64,000 nt of DNA from Gammaproteobacteria bacterium (GTDB lineage Bacteria > Pseudomonadota > Gammaproteobacteria > Eutrophobiales > Eutrophobiaceae), in contig CBDEUK010000002.1 in assembly GCA_965243205.1 (NCBI GenBank), positions 416,001-480,000 of the forward strand, given 5' to 3'. Shown one piece after another: positions 12,306-23,170 of the stretch; position 1 is the first letter of the stretch; each line of letters begins with the position of its first letter. The position numbers were made by a program, and so were the translations under genes. The notes below the pieces were generated by a model that made no database searches, was not told where the DNA came from, and worked only from the letters and a program-made list of their open reading frames with translations.

Positions 12306-13014
12306 TCCAAAAAATTCCTTGGGATTTTTTATTACACCATCCCATGATTGCAATTATTTAGAAAATCAAAAAGCGGTAACGTTATTTGCTGATCCCAATT
12401 TCCCTAAAAATAAACATTTGTATTCAGCTTTAACCAGTATTGGATTTCGACGCAGTGGCGGCCACTTATATCAGCCCAATTGTGAAACATGCACAGCTTG
12501 TATTTCAGTACGATTAGATGTTAATCAATTTGTTGCCAATAAAACTCAAAAACGAAATTGGAAAAAAAACCAAGATCTTAAAATTCAATCTCTGCCTGCA
12601 GAATTTAAACAAGATCATTATTTACTCTATCAAAAATATATGAACTTACGTCATTCTGGTGGCGGCATGGAAGCTCATACACCAGAAACTTATATGGAAT
12701 TTCTAAAAAGCAGTTGGTCCGAAACAGAATTTATTGAATTTACTTTAGATGGAAAACTAATATGTGTGGCTGTTGTAGATACCTTGGATAATGCTTTATC
12801 CGCTGTTTATACTTTTTTTGAGCCAGAATATGAAAAACGAAGCTTAGGGCGTTTTGCGATACTGTTCCAAATTGAATTAGCAAAACAACGCAATTTACAA
12901 TGGTTATATCTAGGTTATTGGATTCAAGAATGCCGCAAGATGCGTTATAAAAGTGAATATCAACCGATGCAATATTTTATCAATAATGAGTGGCAAGATT
13001 CGCCAGAAATTTAA
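12298..13014 (+). CDS. bpt: ATE1-like aminoacyl-tRNA--protein transferase (Bpt/arginyltransferase family)
   Basis: C.YL, GFRRSG, YQPNC..C.AC, LSAVYTFF, YLGYWI..C.KM.YK; follows aat. Confidence 0.9.
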   Translation: MSDPKNSLGFFITPSHDCNYLENQKAVTLFADPNFPKNKHLYSALTSIGFRRSGGHLYQPNCETCTACISVRLDVNQFVANKTQKRNWKKNQDLKIQSLPAEFKQDHYLLYQKYMNLRHSGGGMEAHTPETYMEFLKSSWSETEFIEFTLDGKLICVAVVDTLDNALSAVYTFFEPEYEKRSLGRFAILFQIELAKQRNLQWLYLGYWIQECRKMRYKSEYQPMQYFINNEWQDSPEI

Positions 13015-13080
13015 TCATTATTTTTGCCAATCATGTATTTTTAGTGCACAATTCGCTTTTTTTTAAACAAGGCGAATTTT

Positions 13081-13299
13081 ATGGCGAAAGAAGATCATAT
13101 TGAAATGGAAGGCACAATCATTGAAACCCTACCGAATACAATGTTTCGTGTGGAATTAGAAAATGGGCATGTCATAACAGCTCATATTTCTGGCAAGATG
13201 CGTAAAAACTATATCCGTATTTTAACAGGGGATAAAGTCACTGTTGAAATGACACCTTATGATCTATCGAAAGGCCGTATAACTTATCGAGCAAGATAA
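13081..13299 (+). CDS. infA: Translation initiation factor IF-1
   Basis: [11 protein letters not shown]...[13 protein letters not shown], near-identical to proteobacterial IF-1. Confidence 0.99.
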   Translation: MAKEDHIEMEGTIIETLPNTMFRVELENGHVITAHISGKMRKNYIRILTGDKVTVEMTPYDLSKGRITYRAR

Positions 13300-13318
13300 G
13301 CATTATTTATTGTTATTC

Positions 13319-14080
13319 TTATTTTTTACTCCATTCTTCTCTAGCTTTTTCTAAATCTTCTGGCGTATCAATTCCGATACCTGTTGAGTCTATTGCAATA
13401 GAAACATGGATCTTTTCTCCATGATATAAAGCTCGAAGTTGTTCTAGCGACTCAACAATTTCGAGATTTGCTCGTTGCATTTGACTGAATTCGGTTAAAA
13501 ATTTATTACGATAAGCATATAAACCAATATGCCTGTAATACTGTCTTTCATGAAAATTAGAATCTAACTTACCATTTGAATCCCTATCCCAAGGGATGGG
13601 AGCTCGACTAAAATACAATGCGTAATTATTTTCATCACTGATAACTTTTACAATGTTTGGATCCAACACTTCTTCTGTCTGATGAATAGGTTCGCAAATA
13701 GTTGCCATATTACAATCAGAGTTAAGATGTAAAGCTTCAGCAACTTGATTAATAACTCCAGAGGTCATCCCTAATTCATCACCTTGTAGATTGACAATCA
13801 CTTCATCATCCGCAAGATTTAATATCTTAGCTGCTTCTGCTAATCGGTCTGTTCCTGACTCATGATATTGTGATGTCATAACAACATTTGCGTTAAATGA
13901 TTTTGCAGCAGCTTCTATACGTTCGTCATCACAAGCAATATAAATATTGTTAGCTTTGCTGAGGCAAGCTGACTCATATACATGTTGGATTAATGGTTTA
14001 CCCGCAATATCTAATAATGGTTTAGATGGCAATCGTGTAGAAGCATAACGGCAAGGGATGATAACTGAAAAAGAATTCAT
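13319..14080 (-). CDS. kdsB: 3-deoxy-manno-octulosonate cytidylyltransferase
   Basis: IP.RYASTRLP.KPL, SGTDR, NLQGDE, YFSRAPIP and ESLEQLRAL motifs. Confidence 0.96.
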   Translation of the reverse strand: MNSFSVIIPCRYASTRLPSKPLLDIAGKPLIQHVYESACLSKANNIYIACDDERIEAAAKSFNANVVMTSQYHESGTDRLAEAAKILNLADDEVIVNLQGDELGMTSGVINQVAEALHLNSDCNMATICEPIHQTEEVLDPNIVKVISDENNYALYFSRAPIPWDRDSNGKLDSNFHERQYYRHIGLYAYRNKFLTEFSQMQRANLEIVESLEQLRALYHGEKIHVSIAIDSTGIGIDTPEDLEKAREEWSKK

Positions 14081-14082
14081 AA

Positions 14083-14277
14083 TTAACGATATTGCTCTAA
14101 CTCTTCTTCAGTTAATGTTCTGGCTTCATCCTCTAGCATTACAGGAATGCCATCCGTTATTTTATAGGCTAACTTTGCTGATTTAGAAATCAATTCTTGA
14201 TTTTTTTTATCGTAAATCAAAGGTCCTTTGGTTACAGGACAAACCAATATATCTAATAATTTTTTATCCAATGCCAA
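14083..14277 (-). CDS. ycaR: Trm112-like protein YcaR
   Basis: [14 protein letters not shown]...[12 protein letters not shown]; lies between lpxK and kdsB. Confidence 0.9.
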   Translation of the reverse strand: MALDKKLLDILVCPVTKGPLIYDKKNQELISKSAKLAYKITDGIPVMLEDEARTLTEEELEQYR

Positions 14278-15259
14278 TCTCCTTTAAAAAAATATCTAGG
14301 CGATGTGTAAACGCATCAGGCAATACAGCTTTGATCGGTAAATACCAAATATTATCCGTTGCAAATTTTTCACATTTAATCGCATCTTTTTCGGTCATTA
14401 TAATAGGATAATCATTATCAAACTGCAGATCTTTGTATTCATATTGATGATGATCAGTAAATTTATGTCGTATTAACTTAAGATCGTGACGAATTAAATA
14501 GGAATAAAATTTTTCAGGACTCGCAATACCACTGACAGCATTTACCGTTTGTTGACTAAATTCTTGAATCGGTTTTGTGATATTCGGATTATTTAAAGAG
14601 ACAAGATCGTCATAGGTATATTCCATAAGGAATTCTCCTCTTTGTGCTCTTGCATTTGCAACTACCATATCAACATTTTTTAATCTTGAAACAGGTTCTC
14701 GCAGTGGGCCTGCTGGTATACAAAAACCATTGCCATGTCGACGCAAGCCATCAATTACTGCTATTTCAATATCTCTACCCAATGCGTGATGTTGTAAACC
14801 ATCATCACAAATAATTACATCCACATTTTCATGTTCCAATAAACCCTCAACAGCCTTACTACGATTTTTTCCAATAGCAACAGGACAATTGGCTTTTCGT
14901 GCAATCATTATAGGTTCATCACCGACTAACTCAGGATTGCTATCTACACGAACTTGTTGAACACTATTATTTAATTTCCCACCATAACCTCGGCTAATCA
15001 CGCCAGGCAAACGGCCTTTTTGTTTTAAATAATCGACTAACCAAATGGTTAACGGTGATTTGCCAGTTCCTCCAGCTACAATATTACCAATAACGATGAT
15101 AGGTATATTAAATTTATTAACACGCATCAGCCCTGCTTTGTAGATTTGTTTACGTACAAAAATTATAAAGCGATATAGCCAACTTAATGGAAGTAAAAAA
15201 TACGCAAGCGGATGCTTGTTATACCAAGTCTCTTCAAGTAATTCAGATAATGACATCAC
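14264..15259 (-). CDS. lpxK: Tetraacyldisaccharide 4'-kinase
   Basis: [35 protein letters not shown] and TEKDAIK motifs. Confidence 0.96.
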   Translation of the reverse strand: MMSLSELLEETWYNKHPLAYFLLPLSWLYRFIIFVRKQIYKAGLMRVNKFNIPIIVIGNIVAGGTGKSPLTIWLVDYLKQKGRLPGVISRGYGGKLNNSVQQVRVDSNPELVGDEPIMIARKANCPVAIGKNRSKAVEGLLEHENVDVIICDDGLQHHALGRDIEIAVIDGLRRHGNGFCIPAGPLREPVSRLKNVDMVVANARAQRGEFLMEYTYDDLVSLNNPNITKPIQEFSQQTVNAVSGIASPEKFYSYLIRHDLKLIRHKFTDHHQYEYKDLQFDNDYPIIMTEKDAIKCEKFATDNIWYLPIKAVLPDAFTHRLDIFLKEIGIG

Positions 15260-15286
15260 AACCGAACAAACAATAATAGAGGATGG

Positions 15287-15709
15287 TTACTCTTCTTCTT
15301 CGTATTTTTGTGTTGCAAAGGTAATCCTCACAAGTCCTAATTGGCGAGCAGCATCCATTACCTTAATGACATTTTGATAATTAGTATGAGAGTCAGCCGT
15401 AATAATAACAGGAGCATCATTACGTAAACCTAATTTATCAAAAAGTGCTTGTTTGATTGTATCTATTTTAGAATTTACCAAAGCCATATCATTCACATAA
15501 ACATCTCCTTTCGAATCAACCGAAATATTGATCGCGTCGGGCTTTGCTTCAGTGACTTCTTCACTGGCTTGAGGCAAAGTAATATTAATTTCAGATTCAC
15601 GTTCGAACGTGGTCGAAACCATAAAAAAGATCAATAACAAAAATACTACATCGATTAATGGTGTTAAGTTAATGTCTGAATCGTCTTTGTCAGCGGTTCT
15701 GAAATTCAT
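15287..15709 (-). CDS. exbD: ExbD/TolR-family biopolymer transport protein
   Basis: INLTPLIDVVFLLLIFFMV transmembrane motif. Confidence 0.9.
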   Translation of the reverse strand: MNFRTADKDDSDINLTPLIDVVFLLLIFFMVSTTFERESEINITLPQASEEVTEAKPDAINISVDSKGDVYVNDMALVNSKIDTIKQALFDKLGLRNDAPVIITADSHTNYQNVIKVMDAARQLGLVRITFATQKYEEEE

Positions 15710-16338
15710 GAAACAACTTCCTCATTTTCATTACTGCGTAAACCCGTCATGACTTCGACCATTTTTAATGACTCTTGCTCCATTGTGATGATCAATTGAT
15801 TTACTTTGCCGCGAAAATAACGCAGGAACATTAATGTAGGAATTGCTACAGCTAAACCTGCTGCAGTAGTAATCAAGGCTTCCGAAATACCTTCCGCTAA
15901 AATACTTGGGTCACCAACACCTTGAGCCGTAATAACAGCAAAGACTTTGATCATACCGATAACAGTACCGAGCAAACCCAATAAAGGGGTTATTGAGGCA
16001 ATAGTACCCAAAGTATTTAAAAAACGTTCTAATTCAAATGCGACGTGACGCCCAACATCCTCAATACTTTCCTTCATCACTTCGCGGTCACGTTCTCTAT
16101 TTAGTAAACCTGCTGCTAAGATTCTTCCAAGAGGTGAACTGACACGGATTTCGTGGATACGTTTCGCATTTAAACTACCAGCGTTTTGCCATTGCCATAC
16201 ATTAGATACTAAATTTTTAGGAGCAACTCGATTACTTTGTAAGAACCAAAAGCGCTCAGCAATAATTGCCAACGAGACAATCGAACACAACATTATTGGC
16301 CACATTAACAAGCCACCAGCTTTCACTAATTCCAGCAC
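15706..16338 (-). CDS. exbB: MotA/TolQ/ExbB proton-channel protein
   Basis: TIASITPLLGLLGTVIGMI and GISEALITTAAGLAVAIP motifs. Confidence 0.9.
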   Translation of the reverse strand: MLELVKAGGLLMWPIMLCSIVSLAIIAERFWFLQSNRVAPKNLVSNVWQWQNAGSLNAKRIHEIRVSSPLGRILAAGLLNRERDREVMKESIEDVGRHVAFELERFLNTLGTIASITPLLGLLGTVIGMIKVFAVITAQGVGDPSILAEGISEALITTAAGLAVAIPTLMFLRYFRGKVNQLIITMEQESLKMVEVMTGLRSNENEEVVS

Positions 16339-16376
16339 TGCTTAACTCCCCTAGTTATAATATTTTTGTAAAAATT

Positions 16377-18701
16377 TTATGGAATAGTATGCCAAAAACG
16401 CCGATGTTCTGCTCGATATTGTGAGATATTCAACTCATTATTGGTCAATTTAAAGCTTAACATCCCACTGTCGACCGTACTGATCGCCTGTACACCACGT
16501 TTTTGATAACGGCTCATTATAACCTGTTTTGGAAAGCCGAAGCGATTACGATAACCATTTGTTATTAAAGCATATTTTGGCTTAATTACATCAATAAACG
16601 GCTCTGAAGATGAAGTCTTACTACCATGATGAGGAACCAGTAAGATATCTGATTGCAGCGTATTCGAATACTGTTCTAGTAATTTCAGCTCAATTTTATA
16701 ATCAATATCACCAGGTAATAAAATTTTCAGTGAATCTGTATTTATTTGCACAACACAAGATGATTGATTTTTACTCAACGATCCTAAACCTGTGATATTT
16801 TTCGGGTGTAAAATCGTAAAATCTATTCCGTCTTTTTTCCAAGATTGTCGATAAGTACAATCACTATGTTTCCATAACTTTTGCTCTTTCTGATTAAATT
16901 TACCGTTAAAAAGTACTTCGTCTACTTGAATTCCCTCCAATACCGAAGCCAAACCACCAATATGATCGTTATCTGCATGACTAATGATCAACTTATCCAC
17001 TTTAGAAACGCCTAAGGTTTGTAAGACAGGTACAACAACCGCTGAACCGGCATTAAATCGATCACTGAATTTAGCACCTGTATCATATAACATCGTTTGG
17101 TTTGCCGTTTGTACAATCACCGCGGTACCTTGTCCAACATCTAATATATGCAACCAAACATCATTATTTTTCGGTTTATCAACTGTCGAAAAAAATAAAG
17201 GGCTTAACAAAAGGAATGCTAAAGTTTTAGCTGGAAATCCTCCTGGTAATAAAAACCATAATACTGCTATCAATGAAATAATTGTTGTGATTAAGCTAGG
17301 CGATGAGACAGAAAGTTCAAATTTAGGAAACGAATAAATAAATTCAAGAAATGACCAAAGTAACGACATACTGATATCAATTAACGACAAAATATATCCT
17401 GACAGTTCAGGCTGCACTAAATCTACTATCGCATAGATTAATATCAATGGAACGACACAAAAGCTGACGATTGGAATCGCGATTATATTCGCTACAAAAC
17501 TAAACTCAGATATCATTTGGAACCAAAATAGTGCCATTGGCATTAACCCTATCATTATCAACCACTGTGCTCTACCCCAAGCCCACCATATTCCTTCAGG
17601 TTTAACTCTGTAACTCATGCCATAAATAATGAAACCAACTGCCGTAAATGAGAGCCAAAAACTTGGAGTATTAATTGCAAAAGGATCCAGTAAAAAGATA
17701 AACAATAAACTAGTTGAAAATAAACGTCTGATGGATATCGAATTATAGTTCCAGATACTAAGAACAGAGAGACATAACATGATGAGTGCACGTTGTGTAG
17801 GTAAGGCAAAGCCTGCTAAAGCAGAATAAAAAATGGCAAATACTAATCCAGCTAATAAGGCTATTCTTTGAGCAGGCACTCGAACAATTAAAAACGGCAA
17901 TAAACGGAACAAATAATTTGCTACAAAATAACCAAAAGTAAAAACCAAACCTATGTGTAATCCTGAAATCGCTAATAGATGACTGGTTCCTGTTTGTTGT
18001 AATACCTTCCATTGTTCTGCCGTTATTAATGATTTATCCCCAATCATCAAAGCAACAATTAAATTTTTAAGTTCATTACCTTGAGAAAATTTATTCAAAA
18101 AAGAATTTTTAAGCTTGTACCGAAGGTAATCGATAGAAAAATCATTATCTTTAGATAAAACTTGGCAACTTTTTTTAGCGACTACATAACCTGTTGCTCG
18201 TATAGCTTGATGAAACAAATAAAATTCATAATCAAATGTTCCTAAATTAAAAAAACCATAAGGACGTTTTAATTTAATATAACAATTTAATGTTTGGCCT
18301 GGTTCAAGATTATTTTCAAATTGGTTCCAAGTAAGCTGAATTAATTTCGGTAATTGATAGGTTTGATTATTAAAGGATATAGGCTCTTCTATTTTGAACT
18401 TAAAACGTTGTCCAAACTGAGTCCGTTCAGGTAATGAAGCAACTTTTCCTGTTACTTCAATCAGTTCACCTTCAAGCTCTCTATGCAGGTCATTGGATAA
18501 AATTAATTCTGCTCTAAACCAAGTCCATAAAAAACCAATTGCGATAAAAGCAATTAAATTAAGTGTTCTGGATCGAGTAAAAATTAAGCAAAAAAAGGGA
18601 AATAATAGAAATGGGTAATCAGGAAGATCTCCCAATTGTAGAAATAAGGCTATCCCTAAGAAAAATCCAATAGTGATTTTTAACATACCTGTCCTTGGCA
18701 A
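16377..18701 (-). CDS. comEC: DNA internalisation competence protein ComEC/Rec2
   Basis: HLLAISGLH competence motif, LDVGQG, SHADNDHIGG and HHGSKTSS metallo-beta-lactamase domain. Confidence 0.93.
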   Translation of the reverse strand: MPRTGMLKITIGFFLGIALFLQLGDLPDYPFLLFPFFCLIFTRSRTLNLIAFIAIGFLWTWFRAELILSNDLHRELEGELIEVTGKVASLPERTQFGQRFKFKIEEPISFNNQTYQLPKLIQLTWNQFENNLEPGQTLNCYIKLKRPYGFFNLGTFDYEFYLFHQAIRATGYVVAKKSCQVLSKDNDFSIDYLRYKLKNSFLNKFSQGNELKNLIVALMIGDKSLITAEQWKVLQQTGTSHLLAISGLHIGLVFTFGYFVANYLFRLLPFLIVRVPAQRIALLAGLVFAIFYSALAGFALPTQRALIMLCLSVLSIWNYNSISIRRLFSTSLLFIFLLDPFAINTPSFWLSFTAVGFIIYGMSYRVKPEGIWWAWGRAQWLIMIGLMPMALFWFQMISEFSFVANIIAIPIVSFCVVPLILIYAIVDLVQPELSGYILSLIDISMSLLWSFLEFIYSFPKFELSVSSPSLITTIISLIAVLWFLLPGGFPAKTLAFLLLSPLFFSTVDKPKNNDVWLHILDVGQGTAVIVQTANQTMLYDTGAKFSDRFNAGSAVVVPVLQTLGVSKVDKLIISHADNDHIGGLASVLEGIQVDEVLFNGKFNQKEQKLWKHSDCTYRQSWKKDGIDFTILHPKNITGLGSLSKNQSSCVVQINTDSLKILLPGDIDYKIELKLLEQYSNTLQSDILLVPHHGSKTSSSEPFIDVIKPKYALITNGYRNRFGFPKQVIMSRYQKRGVQAISTVDSGMLSFKLTNNELNISQYRAEHRRFWHTIP

Positions 18702-18813
18702 TCATTACGGCATAAATTTTGTTAGCAGTTTAACATGAATTTAAAGAATATTTTTCCAAGAGTCGGCTATAATCCTCCCTTTTTAGACGCAGTAAATCCA
18801 TCCAAGTTATTTC

Positions 18814-19356
18814 ATGGTTAAGAAAGTTTTCAAAAAATACATGCCAGAGAGGCATCACATCGAGAAACATGGTGTGCTCGATTATTTCGGTGACTGGATT
18901 CACGATCCAAATCTGTGGCATTTAACCCGCCATTCTACCTCTGGTGGTGTTGCTAATGGCTTGTTTTGGGCTTTTTTGCCGATTCCAGGCCAACTGCTTT
19001 TAGGAATTTTCTGCGCGATCTATTTTCGGGTGAATATTCCAATTTCGGTCTTTGGGGTTTTCTTAACCAATCCGCTGACAATTGGCCCCGTTTTTTATGT
19101 GACCTACTTAATCGGTGCCACTATTTTGAATCAACCGATATACGATCTTAATTTTGAATGGTCGTGGGGATGGTTTGGTTCAACACTAGCAGATATTTGG
19201 TTTCCTTTATTATTTGGCTGTTTATTGTGTGGTGTTGTATCCGCTGTAATTGGCTATTTCGTTGTTCAAGGATTATGGCGATTAAATGTAGTACGAAGCT
19301 GGGAAAAACGTAAAGAAAAGTTACAACAACAAACGAACTCAATAAAAGAAGATTAA
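18814..19356 (+). CDS. DUF2062-family membrane protein
   Basis: PNLWHL.R, PIPGQ, TNPLT motifs; typical position between comEC and lolD. Confidence 0.8.
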   Translation: MVKKVFKKYMPERHHIEKHGVLDYFGDWIHDPNLWHLTRHSTSGGVANGLFWAFLPIPGQLLLGIFCAIYFRVNIPISVFGVFLTNPLTIGPVFYVTYLIGATILNQPIYDLNFEWSWGWFGSTLADIWFPLLFGCLLCGVVSAVIGYFVVQGLWRLNVVRSWEKRKEKLQQQTNSIKED

Positions 19357-20052
19357 TTAAACCGTTTCTAATAAACCGTCGTGTAAACGATATTGCCTGT
19401 CCATTCTTGAAGCCAGCTCATTATTATGGGTGACCATAATTAAACTAGTACCGATTTCTTGATTCAATTGCATCATTAAGTCGAATACCTGATTTGATGT
19501 TTGCTCATCTAAATTACCAGTGGGCTCATCCGCTAATAAGCATTTTGGTTTGCTGACTAAAGCTCTAGCTATTGCTGCTCGTTGGCGCTCACCGCCAGAA
19601 AGTTCTCCTGGTTTGTGTTTAATCCGTTCACCTAAACCAACTTTTGTTAAAATATCTTGAGCTTGTTGTTTCGCTTCTTCTGGATTTGTATTACCCATGA
19701 TTAAAGGTAAGGCCACATTTTCTTCTGCAGTAAATTCAGGTAACAAATGATGAAATTGATAAATAAAACCCATGTATTTATTTCTTAATTCACCTTGCGC
19801 TTTTTCATTCACATTGGATAAATCATAACCACAAATACTGACCTTGCCTGAAGTTGGAATATCTAAACCGCCTAGTAAATGCAATAAGGTACTTTTACCT
19901 GAACCTGAAGAGCCAATAATGGCTATACGCTCAGATTGCTTAACATCTAAATCAATACCGCGTAGGACATCAACCGATAACTCACCTTGAGAAAAGTTTT
20001 TCTTCAATGAATCACAAGTCAAAACCGCATTATTCATATCATTACTACTCAT
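19357..20052 (-). CDS. lolD: Lipoprotein-releasing ABC transporter ATPase LolD
   Basis: [24 protein letters not shown] and [10 protein letters not shown] motifs; start set at ATG 20052, which overlaps the upstream stop. Confidence 0.95.
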   Translation of the reverse strand: MSSNDMNNAVLTCDSLKKNFSQGELSVDVLRGIDLDVKQSERIAIIGSSGSGKSTLLHLLGGLDIPTSGKVSICGYDLSNVNEKAQGELRNKYMGFIYQFHHLLPEFTAEENVALPLIMGNTNPEEAKQQAQDILTKVGLGERIKHKPGELSGGERQRAAIARALVSKPKCLLADEPTGNLDEQTSNQVFDLMMQLNQEIGTSLIMVTHNNELASRMDRQYRLHDGLLETV

Positions 20053-21289
20053 AACGCAAGGCCTCGGCTGGTTGAGTTTTCGAAGCACGCCATGATGGAT
20101 ATATCGTTGCTAATAGACAAATAATGAAAGAAATAATGGTAATAATTAAAACATCACTCCATAAAACTTCAGATGGTAATTTACTGATGTAATAAACATC
20201 CGATGGTAATAAATCAACATTGAATGTTTTTTCAAAAAGTTCTACAAGATTTTCAAGATTTAAAGCTAATGTAATACCTAACAATAAACCTAAACCGATA
20301 CCGACAATCCCGATAATCAAACCTTGGATCATAAATATTTTTGTAATATCACTTGGACTCGCGCCTAAGGTTCTAAAGACAGCGATATCACCTTGCTTAT
20401 CGGTTACGACCATACTTAAAGTTGAAATTATATTTATAGAAGCAACCAAAATAATTAAAGTTAAGATTAAGAACATTACTAATTTTTCTGTCTTTAATGC
20501 TCCTAAGAAATTCTTGTGTTCGTCAGTCCAATCTCTAACTGCGTACACTCCTTGCAAATCATTTCTGATCTGTTTGCTTATAATGGGTGCATTTAAAACA
20601 TCATCGGTTTTTATGCGTAAACCTGAATAACCTTGTTTACGAAAGAGTTTTTTTGAATCTTCTATATGAATTAACGCCACACCACCATCAAATTGATGCA
20701 TACCAATTTCAAAAACACCTTTGACAGTAAAACGCTTTAACCTAGGTAATACTCCTGCTGGAGTAACATTAGCTTGAGGTGCCACTATAGTAACTTTGTC
20801 ATTAATGCCCACGCCTAATGCATTGGCTAATTCAACGCCTAATATAATTCCATATTTTCCTTCTTCTAAACCTTTAAAGTCTCCTGCAATTATTTTTTCG
20901 GAAACTTCAGAAACCTTAGGCTCTTCATCTGGCAATATCCCTCTAATTAAAGCACCATTTACTCTCTGTCCATTAATCAACATACCCTGCGCATAATGAA
21001 ATGGAGCTACTCCAATCACATTTTCATGATCTATTACCTGATTTGCAACAGCCTGCCAATTTTGTAGTTGATCGTTTTGTTGGTAAATAGTCGCATGAGA
21101 TGCCATAGCCAAAGTGCGCTCAGTTAATTCTTTTTTAAAACCATTCATTACTGAAATGACTACAATCAATGTCATCACACCAAGTGCGACGCCTATTATC
21201 GAAATAAGAGATATAAATGAAATAAACTGGTTGCGGCGCTTCGCCTTAACGTAACGTAATCCAACAAAGGCCTGATAGGGTGTAAACAT
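20045..21289 (-). CDS. lolC: Lipoprotein-releasing ABC permease (single LolC/E, LolF-type)
   Basis: [25 protein letters not shown] and [18 protein letters not shown] motifs. Confidence 0.9.
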   Translation of the reverse strand: MFTPYQAFVGLRYVKAKRRNQFISFISLISIIGVALGVMTLIVVISVMNGFKKELTERTLAMASHATIYQQNDQLQNWQAVANQVIDHENVIGVAPFHYAQGMLINGQRVNGALIRGILPDEEPKVSEVSEKIIAGDFKGLEEGKYGIILGVELANALGVGINDKVTIVAPQANVTPAGVLPRLKRFTVKGVFEIGMHQFDGGVALIHIEDSKKLFRKQGYSGLRIKTDDVLNAPIISKQIRNDLQGVYAVRDWTDEHKNFLGALKTEKLVMFLILTLIILVASINIISTLSMVVTDKQGDIAVFRTLGASPSDITKIFMIQGLIIGIVGIGLGLLLGITLALNLENLVELFEKTFNVDLLPSDVYYISKLPSEVLWSDVLIITIISFIICLLATIYPSWRASKTQPAEALRYE

Positions 21290-21387
21290 GCGCGCTAGTA
21301 TACCGTAAATGAATCAGCTGTCTGGTTTTTCTTAAGTAATTTCTTAAGTTCTTATATGATTTTCTGGCTTATGACATAATCCAGCTC

Positions 21388-22056
21388 ATGAAGTTATTAA
21401 GCTTAGACACATCAACAGAATCTTGTTCCGCAGCGATTTATATCGATGGAAACATCAGCAAACATTATCAAGTTGCACCACGCCAACATGCAGAATTAAT
21501 TCTAACCATGGTGGATGAATTATTAGCCGAGTCTGATCTAAAACTGAATCAACTTGATGCCCTCGCCTTTGGCCGAGGTCCAGGCGCTTTCACTGGTTTG
21601 CGCGTTGCTGCGGGTGTAATCCAAGGTCTAGCCTATTCTGCTGACTTACCTGTGATTGCTATTTCTTCGTTAGCGACATTAGCTCAAGCATATGCAGAAC
21701 AATATAAATATCTTTTTCCATGCTTCGATGCGCGAATGGGTGAAATATATAGCGGTTTATATCAATCTACCGATACTGGAATCGTCGAATTAATCGGCCA
21801 AGAACAGGTCATAAGACCTGAATTTGTAGAATCCTTACCATCTTCAGCAGTCTATGGTCTTGGCACAGGCTGGGGAACATATTCTGAAATCTTAACCCAA
21901 CAATTAGGCTCAGAAAATATCATTGGTTTTGAACCAGAAGTTTTTCCAGATGCTGAAAATATGTTGCCATTAGCCATCCAAGCTTATGAATTAAAACAAT
22001 ACACAACAGCCGCTGAAGTCCGACCTGTTTATCTTAGAAACAAAGTGGTCAATTAA
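21388..22056 (+). CDS. tsaB: tRNA threonylcarbamoyladenosine biosynthesis protein TsaB
   Basis: LDTST..CS.A, GRGPGAFTGLR, DARMGEIY and PVYLRNKV motifs. Confidence 0.95.
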   Translation: MKLLSLDTSTESCSAAIYIDGNISKHYQVAPRQHAELILTMVDELLAESDLKLNQLDALAFGRGPGAFTGLRVAAGVIQGLAYSADLPVIAISSLATLAQAYAEQYKYLFPCFDARMGEIYSGLYQSTDTGIVELIGQEQVIRPEFVESLPSSAVYGLGTGWGTYSEILTQQLGSENIIGFEPEVFPDAENMLPLAIQAYELKQYTTAAEVRPVYLRNKVVN

Positions 22057-22240
22057 CTATTATTTACTTTAAATAATAAATATATATTATTGTTTTTATT
22101 AATTTTATTAACTCTATTTAAAGCAGTTTCTTAGCTAAATTAAATTGATTTAAATACTAGTACAAAGGTATTATGTTTAGCGTTAAATGTGCGTAGACAC
22201 ATTACACTCAATCACTTTTCACACTATAAGAATAATAATT

Positions 22241-22753
22241 ATGAAAGATCAAAAACTTGCTGGTGAATTTGCACAATTAGGCTTAGATCATTTCAAATCA
22301 GGCCGCTTTGCCGAAGCTGAATCCTGCTATTCAGAAGCCTTAGATTTAGTAGAACATAAAAACTGGGATTTAGTGGACTATCACGATGAATTTGCCCAAG
22401 TGCTACTGAAACTAGGCAAAGAGCGAGAAGCAAAAAAACAACTCGAAGCCTCCTTGAAAAATGCCATTCAACTGAGTGAGAAAATCACCGACTTTGAAGT
22501 TACACAAGCCAGATATCAATTAGCCGAACACCACAATCAAACTGGTCGCTATCAAGATGCTTTAGATATCGTAAAGCCTTTCCTAGGCAAAGGCTGTGAC
22601 AGTGATTGGATGTTGTACCTCTCTGCAGCAACAGCACTCAAGGCATTAGGTGATGAAACAGGTGCAAAAATATCTGCCCTAGCCGTACTTACCAAAGTTC
22701 CAGGGGATACACGTTATAATATGGAAGAACAGTTAGCCGAGTTTTTGGATTAA
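22241..22753 (+). CDS. Tetratricopeptide-repeat protein
   Basis: Repeated helical G.F.EA..CY.EAL, LGK..EA...LE.SL and GRY.DAL patterns; start moved to ATG 22241. Confidence 0.7.
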   Translation: MKDQKLAGEFAQLGLDHFKSGRFAEAESCYSEALDLVEHKNWDLVDYHDEFAQVLLKLGKEREAKKQLEASLKNAIQLSEKITDFEVTQARYQLAEHHNQTGRYQDALDIVKPFLGKGCDSDWMLYLSAATALKALGDETGAKISALAVLTKVPGDTRYNMEEQLAEFLD

Positions 22754-23091
22754 CTATTGTATCGAACTCGGGTGCCATGTTTGATAGAAAAATTCAATTC
22801 TTGAGCGGATAGTTCTTTTGGAAAATAACAGCCTGAGATGTTTGCATCGCCAAAGCTGGCTCCTTCTAAATTGGCTTTGCGGAAATCGATGCCACGTAGG
22901 TCAGCCATACGAAAGTACACGTCTTTAAGGTTTAAGTTATCAGCGTTTAGGCCTTGTAAATTAATTCGCGCAAGGTTAGTTCCGCTCAAATCGTATTCTA
23001 CTGATGAGTCACGCTTTTCGTTAAATGTTTTAATTTCTTCCGTTCTTAATAAAACGAACATATCGTCGTCTAAGATTTTTGGGCTGCCCAT
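22750..23091 (-). CDS. Small pentapeptide-repeat protein
   Basis: YDLSG TNLAR INLQG...ADLRG IDFRK ANLEG repeats; GGAG RBS just upstream of ATG 23091. Confidence 0.85.
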   Translation of the reverse strand: MGSPKILDDDMFVLLRTEEIKTFNEKRDSSVEYDLSGTNLARINLQGLNADNLNLKDVYFRMADLRGIDFRKANLEGASFGDANISGCYFPKELSAQELNFSIKHGTRVRYNS

Positions 23092-23129
23092 TGTAGTCTC
23101 CACTATCAATTATCATAGTCGTTGAGAAT

Positions 23130-23156
23130 TTATCGGCTTTTTTTGAGTAAACTTGA
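23130..23156 (-). promoter_or_regulatory. sigma28 (FliA) promoter of the pentapeptide-repeat gene
   Basis: Minus strand TCAA-N15-GCCGATAA; -10 is a perfect consensus match with canonical spacing. Confidence 0.75.
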
Positions 23157-23170
23157 TTAATTTTTAGGCG

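Noticed and set aside
19357-21289. Only one LolC/E permease gene
   Set aside because: The single-permease (LolF-type) arrangement is established in many non-enteric proteobacteria.
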